DNA from: Gammaproteobacteria bacterium | Lineage (GTDB): Bacteria; Pseudomonadota; Gammaproteobacteria; UBA6429; Thiohalophilaceae | DNA length: 64,000 bases | Direction of reading: 5' to 3' | NCBI GenBank assembly: GCA_037384645.1 | Contig: JARRNT010000001.1 | Coordinates: forward strand, 27,616-91,615 | Shown: positions 55,948 to 64,000 of the stretch, one piece after another | How the letters are laid out: each line of letters starts with the position of its first letter | How positions within the stretch are numbered: the first letter of the stretch is position 1 | Notes under the pieces: model-generated | Seen by the model: the letters and a program-made list of their open reading frames with translations, nothing else | Databases searched by the model: none | What the model was told of the DNA's origin: nothing | Program-made: the position numbers and the translations under genes

Positions 55948-58380
55948 ATGGCACATAAACGCGAAAATGACTATCTGGATCCTTTGCGACTGGGGGATGA
56001 GGCCGGTGCTGCCTGGCGCGCACTCACTCGCCATTCCCCCAATCACATCCTGCTGCTCGATTGTGACGGCAATATACTATCAATTAATTACAACTTTACT
56101 GGCCGCGAAACCAGGGAAGTCATAGGCTCCAGCTTTTATGATTATTTCGCCGAGGATGTCAGCCAGAAAATCCGTGCGAGTATCGGGCGCGTGCTCACAA
56201 ACGGTAAGCCTGATCAATACGAAAGTACCTTTACCGACAACGAAGGCAAGACATATATTTTCGATAACCAGGTCTACCCGGTTATAGAGAATGGCGAAAC
56301 AGTCGCCCTCGTCGTTGACGCCAGGGATATTACACTACTTCGACAACAACAGGAAAAGCTGGAACAAAACCATCTTTTACTGAATACGGTGATTGCCCAA
56401 TCACCTATCGTCATCTGGTCGGCGGATACGAATGGCATTTTCACCTTGTCAGAAGGCAAGGGACTGGAAGCGCTGGGGATTAAACCTGGTGAAGTCGTCG
56501 GCCAATCCCTGTTTGATATATACAAAGACAATAATGAAATCATCCAGTCCTGCAAGAAAGCCCTGAAGGGTGAAACTATAATCAATATCACTCATGCTGC
56601 CGGCCGTAGTTATCATTCAAGTTACGGTCCCGTGCAGGACAAGAATGGCAAGATCACCGGCGTTGTTGGCGTCGCCAATGACATCACCGATCTGGAGAAC
56701 ATTGAAAAAAGGATGCACATCCTGTCCAGCGCCCTGGAGCAAACCGCTGACCTGGTGCTGATCACGGATGTGAACGGAATCGTTGAATACGTCAATCCGG
56801 CTTTCGAAAAAATTACCGGATTTAGACGCGATGAAGTCATAGGCAAAAAACCTGCAATACTGCGCTCAGGCAAACATGATGAGGAATTTTATCAACGACT
56901 CTGGGAGACCATCCTGCGTGGGGAGGTATTTAGTGAAGTATTTATTAATGCACGCAAAGACGGTTCTATTTATTACGAGGAAAAATACATCACGCCAATC
57001 CGTGATTACCAGAACAATATTACGCATTTTATTTCTACCGGCAAAGACATTTCAGAGCGCATGCGGGCACAGGAACGTCTGCATTACATGGCGCATCACG
57101 ACGCCCTGACCAAACTGCCCAATCGCAGTTTGTTCATGGATCGCCTGCGCCAGGCCATGGCGCGTGCCAGCTGGCACAAGCGCCTGATAGCGGTGATGTT
57201 CCTCGATCTCGATCGCTTTAAAAACATCAATGATTCCCTGGGCCATCAAGTCGGTGACCAGTTACTGATACAGCTGACGCAACGCCTCAGCAGTGGTGTG
57301 CGTGCCGGTGATACCATTGCGCGCTTTGGCGGCGATGAATTTGCTATTTTACTGGACGATATCGCGTCCGAGCAGGATATCTCACAGCTAGCCAAAAAGA
57401 TTCTCGACACCATGATTTCATCGTTTGTTATCAAGGACCATGAATTTTTTATAACCGCGTCTATTGGTGTCAGTATCTTCCCCAATGATGGTGATGACCC
57501 TGATACCCTGATCCGCAATGCCGATGTCGCCATGTACCGGGCCAAGGACCTGGGGCGTAACAATTACCAGTTTTACTCCAATGAAATGAGTGCCCGCGCC
57601 TTCAAACAACTGACCCTGGAAAACTCCCTGCGCCATGCACTCAAACGCAATGAGTTCTCGCTGCTCTATCAGCCCCAGGTAGAAATCAAGACGCGACACA
57701 TTGTCGGGGTTGAAGCCCTGTTGCGCTGGCAACATCCGGAACTGGGGCTAATCATGCCCAGTGATTTCATCCCCTTGCTGGAAGAGACCGGGCTCATTGT
57801 CGAGGTCGGTGACTGGGTTTTGCAGACGGCACTGGAACAGGCCGCACACTGGCATCAGGCCGGCTTCGATTCTCTCAAGGTGTCGATTAACCTGTCCGGC
57901 CGACAGTTCAATGACCCTGGTTTTATCAGCACCCTGGAATCTGCTGTAAATGATACCGGCCTTAACCCCCGCTTAATCGAACTGGAACTGACCGAAAGCA
58001 TGTTAATGCGCAACGCCAGCAAAACCGTCAGCGCACTCAACACCCTGAACCAGCTTGGCATCGGCATCGCCGTCGATGATTTCGGCACAGGTTATTCATC
58101 CCTGAATTACCTGCGCCGTTTTCCGATTTCAACCCTGAAGATCGACCGCTCATTTATTCGCGACGTCATCAACGACCCGGATGACCGGGCCATCACCACG
58201 GCCATTATCGTCATGGCGCAAAGCCTGAACCTGGTCGTGATTGCAGAAGGGGTAGAGAGCGAGGAGCAGACCAGCTTTCTGGAGAACCTGGACTGCGATC
58301 AGATACAGGGAAATATTTTCAGCTCACCGGTATTGCCCTTGCAGGTTACGGGCATGTTGAACACGCAAAAAAACCAGTAA
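55948..58380 (+). CDS. cytoplasmic multi-PAS GGDEF-EAL signalling protein
   Basis: Three PAS-like modules. The I-site and GGDEF motif are 'VRAGDTIARFGGDEF'. EAL motifs are 'GVEALLRW', 'ELELTES', 'DDFGTGYSSL' and 'KIDRSF'. Confidence 0.9.
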   Translation: MAHKRENDYLDPLRLGDEAGAAWRALTRHSPNHILLLDCDGNILSINYNFTGRETREVIGSSFYDYFAEDVSQKIRASIGRVLTNGKPDQYESTFTDNEGKTYIFDNQVYPVIENGETVALVVDARDITLLRQQQEKLEQNHLLLNTVIAQSPIVIWSADTNGIFTLSEGKGLEALGIKPGEVVGQSLFDIYKDNNEIIQSCKKALKGETIINITHAAGRSYHSSYGPVQDKNGKITGVVGVANDITDLENIEKRMHILSSALEQTADLVLITDVNGIVEYVNPAFEKITGFRRDEVIGKKPAILRSGKHDEEFYQRLWETILRGEVFSEVFINARKDGSIYYEEKYITPIRDYQNNITHFISTGKDISERMRAQERLHYMAHHDALTKLPNRSLFMDRLRQAMARASWHKRLIAVMFLDLDRFKNINDSLGHQVGDQLLIQLTQRLSSGVRAGDTIARFGGDEFAILLDDIASEQDISQLAKKILDTMISSFVIKDHEFFITASIGVSIFPNDGDDPDTLIRNADVAMYRAKDLGRNNYQFYSNEMSARAFKQLTLENSLRHALKRNEFSLLYQPQVEIKTRHIVGVEALLRWQHPELGLIMPSDFIPLLEETGLIVEVGDWVLQTALEQAAHWHQAGFDSLKVSINLSGRQFNDPGFISTLESAVNDTGLNPRLIELELTESMLMRNASKTVSALNTLNQLGIGIAVDDFGTGYSSLNYLRRFPISTLKIDRSFIRDVINDPDDRAITTAIIVMAQSLNLVVIAEGVESEEQTSFLENLDCDQIQGNIFSSPVLPLQVTGMLNTQKNQ

Positions 58381-58409
58381 TCCGCGGCCAGTCCCGGACC
58401 CGCACCCGT

Positions 58410-58766
58410 TCACTGGTATTCGGTATATTTTCTGGCACTGCCGCGAACCTTGGCGGCAGGATATTTTTGTTCGTTAATCCGAATTTTTTCCTCGATCACC
58501 TGAGGCAGATTCACGCCCAGGCGGTCTGCCAGGCGCAGGGAAAATATCAACACGTCGGCCAGTTCATACGCCACTTCCCGGCGCTTGTCATCGCTGAGGG
58601 CTTCACTCTGTTCTTCACTCAGCCACTGGAAATGTTCCATTAATTCACCCGCCTCCACGGCCAGGGCCATGGCCAGGTTCTTGGGAGCATGGAACTGTTC
58701 CCAGTCACGCTCCCTGGCGAATTGCAGCAGGCGTTGCTGGAGGTCCTCCAGGTAACTGTCAGACAT
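58410..58766 (-). CDS. MazG-like nucleotide pyrophosphohydrolase (small all-alpha NTP-PPase)
   Basis: 'FARERDWEQFHAPKNLAMALAVEAGELMEHFQW' and 'ELADVLIF' form the EExxE/ExxD metal-site pattern. Confidence 0.8.
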   Translation of the reverse strand: MSDSYLEDLQQRLLQFARERDWEQFHAPKNLAMALAVEAGELMEHFQWLSEEQSEALSDDKRREVAYELADVLIFSLRLADRLGVNLPQVIEEKIRINEQKYPAAKVRGSARKYTEYQ

Positions 58767-58812
58767 GCGAAAACTCCTTATGGCGATTAAACGAGGGCTG
58801 CCAGCATGGCAT

Positions 58813-58845
58813 AAAAAAGCCCACCGCGTGAATACGCAGCGGGCT
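58813..58845 (-). terminator. rho-independent terminator after the 72-aa ORF
   Basis: The minus strand reads AGCCCGCUGCG-uauuca-CGCGGUGGGCU (11-bp stem including 2 G-U pairs), followed by a run of six T. Confidence 0.65.
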
Positions 58846-58868
58846 TCCGTCTGGTAACAAAACCGGGA

Positions 58869-59087
58869 TTACGAATTAAAGCGGACGCTGCCACCACGAC
58901 TGATATGTCGATTCAATTCGAGGCAGGACCAGGCTTGCATATCGATAATTTTGGTCGTGCCGTCCAAATATTCGATCATGGCCTTGACCGGGATGCCCTG
59001 CAGCATTTCCAGCAGTTTCACCTTAATGAGCTGGCCGGTACGATTAACGTACCAATTACCCACCACCGGTATGTTCGTGTCATACAT
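58869..59087 (-). CDS. hypothetical protein (72 aa)
   Basis: ATG ORF 'MYDTNIPVVGNWYVNRTGQLIKVK...' followed by a clear terminator. Confidence 0.45.
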   Translation of the reverse strand: MYDTNIPVVGNWYVNRTGQLIKVKLLEMLQGIPVKAMIEYLDGTTKIIDMQAWSCLELNRHISRGGSVRFNS

Positions 59088-59268
59088 GGCTGACCTCCCC
59101 AGATCACCGTACAGAATTACGCTTGTTGTTGGAAATAAAGTCTACCAAAGCCATAGTTGCACGACGATAGTCTCATGTCACATTGTGTGTTTTTTTATCC
59201 CTATAAAAAACAACGTGTTATTGATACTAATCCACAGCCAGCCAATTTCTTGACGAAGGATCAAGGGC

Positions 59269-60951
59269 TTACTCGTCGGTCACGCAGCCCAGGGAGGCAT
59301 CCTTGACGTTCTTGATGTATTTGAACAGGGTGCCCCGCGTGGCCTTGTAGGCCGGCATGGTCCATTCAGACCGGCGCCGAGCCATTTCATCCTCCGACAC
59401 GTCCACGTTCAGCTGGCGCTGCTCAGCATCGATGGTAATCACGTCGCCATTGCGGATCAGGCCAATGGGTCCACCCTCCTGGGCCTCGGGCACAACGTGG
59501 CCAATGATGAAACCATGGGAACCACCGGAAAAACGCCCATCGGTCATCAGGGCCACATCCTTGCCCAGGCCAGCGCCCATGATGGCCGAGGTTGGGGTCA
59601 GCATTTCCGGCATACCGGGACCACCCTTGGGACCCTCGTAACGGATGACCACCACCTCGCCCTTCTGAATCTCGTTGTTTTCCAGGCCCTTGAGCATGTC
59701 CTCCTCGCAATCATATACCCGCGCCGGACCGGAGAAGCGCAAGCCTTCCTTGCCGGTAATCTTGGCAACGGAACCACCCGGGGCCAGATTGCCCTTGAGG
59801 ATCTGAATATGACCGGAGGACTTGATGGGCTTGTCAATCGGCATGAACACATCCTGGCCGGCTTTGAGCTCGGGCACATCCGCCAGATTTTCGGCGACGG
59901 TCTTGCCGGTCACCGTCAGGCAGTCGCCATTGATCAGGCCCTCGCTAAGTAAGTACTTCATCACCGCCGGGATACCACCGACATTGTGCAGGTCTTCCAT
60001 CACGTAGCGGCCACTGGGCTTGAGGTCGGCCAGGAAGGGAATACGATCGGACACAGCCTGGAAATCGTCGATCGTCAGTTTCACGTCCACCGCGCGGGCC
60101 ATGGCAATCAGGTGCAGCACGGCATTGGTGGAACCGCCCAGAGCCATGACGACGACCATGGCGTTTTCAAAGGCCTCGCGGGTCATGATGTCGCGCGGTT
60201 TGATGTCCCGCTCCATCAGGTTGCGAATGGCATAACCGGCCTGCAGGCACTCTTCGAGCTTGCCCGGATCCACCGCCGGCGTGGAGGAACTATAAGGCAG
60301 GCTCATGCCCATGGCCTCGATGGCGGAGGCCATGGTATTGGCGGTATACATGCCACCGCAGGCCCCGGCGCCGGGACAGGAATGCTGTACGATACCCTGG
60401 CGTTCATTGTCATCGATCTTGCCCGCGATAAACTCGCCATAACTCTGGAAGGCCGAAATGATATCCAGGGTCTTGTCGTGCCAGTGTCCAGGCTTGATGG
60501 TGCCGCCGTAGATCATGAGGGACGGCCGGTTGATTCGACCCATGGCAATCAGGACCCCCGGCATATTCTTGTCACAGCCAGGGATGGAAATATTGGCGTC
60601 ATACCACTGTGCGTTCATCACGGTCTCCACCGAGTCGGCGATGATGTCGCGCGACTGCAGCGAGTAACTCATGCCGTCAGTGCCCATGGAGATACCGTCA
60701 GAGACGCCGATGGTATTGAAACGCATACCCACCAGGCCGGCCTTGACCACGCCTTCCTTGACCCTGGCCGCCAGGTCGTTGAGATGCATATTACAGGTAT
60801 TCCCCTCCCACCAGACACTGGCAATCCCGACTTCGGCCTTGCTCATGTCGTCCTTACTCAGGCCGGTGCCATACAGCATGGCCTGTGAGGCACCCTGGGA
60901 TTTGGGTTCGGTAATGCGTGAACTGATTTTATTGAGCTTTTTGTCCGCCAT
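59269..60951 (-). CDS. ilvD: dihydroxy-acid dehydratase
   Basis: '[20 protein letters not shown]', '[10 protein letters not shown]' and '[23 protein letters not shown]' are IlvD signatures. The start is placed at 'MADKKLNK'. The upstream part of the track ORF is spurious. Confidence 0.95.
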   Translation of the reverse strand: MADKKLNKISSRITEPKSQGASQAMLYGTGLSKDDMSKAEVGIASVWWEGNTCNMHLNDLAARVKEGVVKAGLVGMRFNTIGVSDGISMGTDGMSYSLQSRDIIADSVETVMNAQWYDANISIPGCDKNMPGVLIAMGRINRPSLMIYGGTIKPGHWHDKTLDIISAFQSYGEFIAGKIDDNERQGIVQHSCPGAGACGGMYTANTMASAIEAMGMSLPYSSSTPAVDPGKLEECLQAGYAIRNLMERDIKPRDIMTREAFENAMVVVMALGGSTNAVLHLIAMARAVDVKLTIDDFQAVSDRIPFLADLKPSGRYVMEDLHNVGGIPAVMKYLLSEGLINGDCLTVTGKTVAENLADVPELKAGQDVFMPIDKPIKSSGHIQILKGNLAPGGSVAKITGKEGLRFSGPARVYDCEEDMLKGLENNEIQKGEVVVIRYEGPKGGPGMPEMLTPTSAIMGAGLGKDVALMTDGRFSGGSHGFIIGHVVPEAQEGGPIGLIRNGDVITIDAEQRQLNVDVSEDEMARRRSEWTMPAYKATRGTLFKYIKNVKDASLGCVTDE

Positions 60952-61241
60952 CGACCATTCCGTTTTGTAAATAAAAATCATGATGTAATAACAGCTCGCA
61001 AAGTATACCCGCTCGTCAGCATTGTGACATCGATAGCCGGTTTTTTGGCACTTTTGCCCGGATCTCCTGGTTAACTCTGCAGCAAATCCGCCGATAACCA
61101 TAGGCATCCCGGGCGAAACCTGTGAATGGTACAAATTGTGCAATAACAAAGGCTTAGCTGGTACTGACGACACTGCAGCGGTATAGTGGTGGCCGTTTGT
61201 GCTGAATCAGACAAACCGAGCCGGGGTCGGAGGTCAACCCA

Positions 61242-63236
61242 ATGCAAGATGCGCGTATGACGACAGGAAGACGTATACTGCTGGCCGCCCTGGTCGCCGT
61301 AATGGCGATTCCCACCGCCGCCTCGGCCCTGGACCGGCGAACCATGTTGCAACGCATGGCCTTCAGCGATGCAGAACACGCGCTGAAGTCAGGCAGGATG
61401 TCGACCTTCCATCGCCTGGAGCGAAAATTGCGCGATTATCCGCTTTACCCTTATTTGCAATTCGACGCGATTCGTCGCAATCTCGGCAGACATAACGCTA
61501 AAGACGTCCATCGTTTCCTGCAGGACTACCCCGGTACGCCACTGGCGGGACGCCTGAAATATCTCTGGCTTAAATCCCTGGCCCGCAAACATCAATGGCG
61601 CACCCTGAGCGATAACTTTTATTACACCAACGATGTCGCCCTGCAATGCGACTTTGCCCAAGCCCTGATCAAGCAAAGCCAGCCGAAACGCGCTTATCAG
61701 GTACTGGAACGTCTGTGGCTGACCGGACATTCCCTGCCAACGCGTTGCGATTACCCAATTCGCAAATGGTATGCAGCCGGTGGTCTCAGCCAGGACATGG
61801 TGTGGCAACGGATCCGTCTGGCCATGCAATCGCATCACACCCATCTCGCGCTTTACCTGGACAGGTATCTGCTGCCAAAGAATCAGTACTGGGTACGCTT
61901 GTGGGCGAAAGTACGACGCGATCCAAACTTTGTTGTCGAGGTATACAACCGCTTCAAGGATCAGGACTCACAGCCCCTGCGCTGGGTGATTGGCGATGGC
62001 CTGCGCCGCATGGCGAAGGATGATGCCGTAGATGCTGCACAGTACTGGTCACAATGGCGCAATAAGTTCCGGTTTACCGATGTTGAAAAAAACCGAATCG
62101 AACGCCACCTGGGCCTGGCGCTGGTCAGCGATGATCCCGGTGCAGGCAAAACCTGGCTGAAACAAATGGAAATCGATGCTGATGATCAACGTATCGATGA
62201 GTTATATGTTCTCAACGCCTTTGAAGATCAGGACTGGGAAAGCGCGCTCGGCTGGATCAAGCGTATGAGCCCGGCACAACAACAAACCGATCGCTGGCGT
62301 TACTGGCGCGGACGCGCACTGGAGGCATTAGGGCGCCTGGGTGAAGCGCGCACAGTCTATTTGCTCAGTGCTGATTCGCGCAGCTATTACGGTTTTCTCT
62401 CCGCCGATCGTGCTGGCATGAGTTACCAGTTCGATCATCATCCCCTGCACTTCGATTCGCAGGCACTGTCACCGATTGAAAAAAATCCTGCCATCGAACG
62501 AGCGCGCGAGTTGCTGGCGCTAAACAGGATGGTGGAAGCACGACGGGAATGGAATTACGCCTTGCGTCAATTCGATAAACCGCAACTGCTCAAGGCTGCA
62601 CAACTTGCTTATGACTGGAACTGGCATGATCGCGCGATTGTCACTCTGGCACAGGCCAGATACTGGGACGACCTGCAAAAACGTTTCCCCCTCGCCCACC
62701 GTGACATGGTGATCAATTATGCGCACCAACAACACATAAACCCGGCCTGGGCCTTTGCCATTATTCGCCAGGAAAGCGCCTTCACGCGAGATGCACGTTC
62801 CCACGCCGGCGCCCTTGGACTGATGCAGTTATTGCCGCGCACGGCACGTCAAATTGCACGCTCGCTGCGCCTGCGCTTCCGTCGTCACGATCTGCTGAAT
62901 GTGAAAACCAATGTTCGTCTTGGTATTAACTATTTACGCAAGGTCGAGGACATATTCAAGGGTAACAAGGTCCTGGCCACCGCCGCCTACAATGCCGGCA
63001 ACGCCCGCGTGCGCCAATGGTTACCCAAGGATGGTAACCTGCCGGCGGATGTATGGGTCGAAACGGTGCCGTTCAAAGAAACCCGTAATTACCTCAAACG
63101 GGTCCTGACCTACACGGTTATCTACGAAAACCGCCTGGGACAAACACCGGTACCGCTGCTGGATCGCATGCCACCGATCCCGGGACAAGCCACTGTCATT
63201 TCGGCCAACAAGGAGCAGACTGACGGCGCATCCTGA
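61242..63236 (+). CDS. slt: soluble lytic murein transglycosylase (Slt70 family)
   Basis: A signal peptide and a superhelical U-domain are followed by the catalytic 'IIRQESAFTRDARSHAGALGLMQLLPRTA...AAYNAG'. Confidence 0.9.
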   Translation: MQDARMTTGRRILLAALVAVMAIPTAASALDRRTMLQRMAFSDAEHALKSGRMSTFHRLERKLRDYPLYPYLQFDAIRRNLGRHNAKDVHRFLQDYPGTPLAGRLKYLWLKSLARKHQWRTLSDNFYYTNDVALQCDFAQALIKQSQPKRAYQVLERLWLTGHSLPTRCDYPIRKWYAAGGLSQDMVWQRIRLAMQSHHTHLALYLDRYLLPKNQYWVRLWAKVRRDPNFVVEVYNRFKDQDSQPLRWVIGDGLRRMAKDDAVDAAQYWSQWRNKFRFTDVEKNRIERHLGLALVSDDPGAGKTWLKQMEIDADDQRIDELYVLNAFEDQDWESALGWIKRMSPAQQQTDRWRYWRGRALEALGRLGEARTVYLLSADSRSYYGFLSADRAGMSYQFDHHPLHFDSQALSPIEKNPAIERARELLALNRMVEARREWNYALRQFDKPQLLKAAQLAYDWNWHDRAIVTLAQARYWDDLQKRFPLAHRDMVINYAHQQHINPAWAFAIIRQESAFTRDARSHAGALGLMQLLPRTARQIARSLRLRFRRHDLLNVKTNVRLGINYLRKVEDIFKGNKVLATAAYNAGNARVRQWLPKDGNLPADVWVETVPFKETRNYLKRVLTYTVIYENRLGQTPVPLLDRMPPIPGQATVISANKEQTDGAS

Positions 63237-63414
63237 CTCCCCGGCTGTGCGCCAGCGCACAAAGTTCCAAGCTCATTATGCATCTGGTAACGAAGCGTGA
63301 TCCCGCTCATGGAATCCAGGCTACACCTGACCGTGTACAGTATTAAGCTGTTTGTCAGAGACACCGATAGCAATAGATAGCACACTCTGACTTGATTCTT
63401 AGAAGGTTGTTGGC

Positions 63415-63567
63415 ATGAGCATACTACTTATCGTCGCCGCCGCCTGCGCCGGCATTTTCTTCCTGGGTTACTACCTGGGTCATCAACTGGGCCGTACCGC
63501 TCATATCCGCGATTCGCTGCAACGCGCACGCGAAGCCCACATCGTCGCACGTATTGAAAATCACTAA
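63415..63567 (+). CDS. possible small membrane protein (50 aa)
   Basis: Not in the ORF track. 'MSILLIVAAACAGIFFLGYYLGHQLGRTAHIRDSLQRAREAHIVARIENH' has one TM helix. AGAAGG lies about 10 nt upstream. Confidence 0.35.
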   Translation: MSILLIVAAACAGIFFLGYYLGHQLGRTAHIRDSLQRAREAHIVARIENH

Positions 63568-63852
63568 GCAAGACACTGTTTTCTACTGAAACAGGCGTAT
63601 CAGAATATCGCCGCTGAATTAACTGTGAACGTAATTTTCCTTGCGATTCATGCGATTGCCACTGACGGACAACATTTGTTTTAAGCGCGACACATAACGG
63701 CGAATTCTCAACACATCACCCTGGCTCAACTACACGTGTTGCCAGTGGAATCCCCTTAGCCCCAGCAGCGTTTCATCGTGACTCACCGTAACAGTTTTTG
63801 AAGCCCGGACAGTATGCGAGCTTCTGCAGAAAATGATGAATTAGGCGATTAC

Positions 63853-64000
63853 CTAGTTCAGGGCTTCTTCCATCTCCACTTCAATTTGTTCAAAGCCCGG
63901 TACCAGCAGGTTAGTAGTGACCGCGGTGTCGTACCCGTAAAAGTCCCGCATAAAGCGATATAGGTGTTTGCGATGGTATTCCAGATGGCCCTCGAGGTCG
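63853..64000 (-). CDS. 3' end of an unidentified CDS that continues beyond the window
   Basis: An open minus-strand frame from the window edge reads '...GHLEYHRKHLYRFMRDFYGYDTAVTTNLLVPGFEQIEVEMEEALN*'. The product was not recognised. Confidence 0.4.
   Translation of the reverse strand, partial: DLEGHLEYHRKHLYRFMRDFYGYDTAVTTNLLVPGFEQIEVEMEEALN

Noticed and set aside
59986-60888. 300-aa plus-strand ORF inside ilvD
   Set aside because: It runs antisense to a near-complete IlvD match. The translation is rich in His, Gly, Asp and Ala and has low complexity. It is a shadow ORF.
1-64000. Search for tRNA, rRNA, CRISPR arrays, transposases, integrases and phage genes
   Set aside because: I found no T-loop-like GGTTCGAATCC-type element and no regularly spaced direct repeats. 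No ORF had a DDE, tyrosine-recombinase or serine-recombinase motif. A covariance-model scan (tRNAscan-SE or Rfam) would be needed to exclude small RNAs formally.

Overview
This 64-kb window reads like core chromosome of a gammaproteobacterium. It has orthologue-grade matches, recognised by eye, to E. coli HtpX, YgiQ, TrmO/YaeB, YqiA, ZapE, RutE, RlmD, MsrA, SlyD, Lhr, IlvD and Slt70. Coding is dense on both strands, with about 75 protein genes, and GC looks moderate by eye. There are a few AT-rich intergenic patches (about 2725-3357, 22480-22670, 59090-59270). I saw no rRNA, tRNA, CRISPR array, transposase, integrase or phage genes, so this is not an obvious mobile or defence island. Recurring themes are c-di-GMP signalling (two GGDEF-EAL proteins and a PilZ protein), thiol-redox proteins with non-canonical CxxC motifs, and many small conserved-looking ORFs of unknown function. 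The candidates most worth a second look are listed below. (1) A minus-strand cluster places a minimal SET-domain methyltransferase next to an HDAC-family deacetylase, together with msrA, a secreted prokaryotic-PLA2-like ORF and DUF924 (34.7-38.2 kb). (2) A 493-aa fusion joins an excisionase/MerR-type HTH to a [2Fe-2S] ferredoxin and an FNR-like reductase, is translationally coupled to an unknown ORF, and lies near an orphan Rieske ferredoxin (2.4-5.2 kb). (3) A His/Arg-rich periplasmic repeat protein and a PepSY protein precede an OmpR-type regulator and a PhoQ-like sensor kinase whose reading frame is broken after the first transmembrane helix (50.2-52.8 kb). (4) A small secreted ORF is split across two frames and its second frame is stop/start-coupled to a DUF3106 gene (9.66-9.92 kb). 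(5) An Xre/DUF2384 antitoxin-like gene has no toxin partner (1.9-2.3 kb). All functional calls come from motif recognition in the supplied translations, and no database search was run. Start codons were refined from ribosome-binding sites and homologue N-termini where possible.
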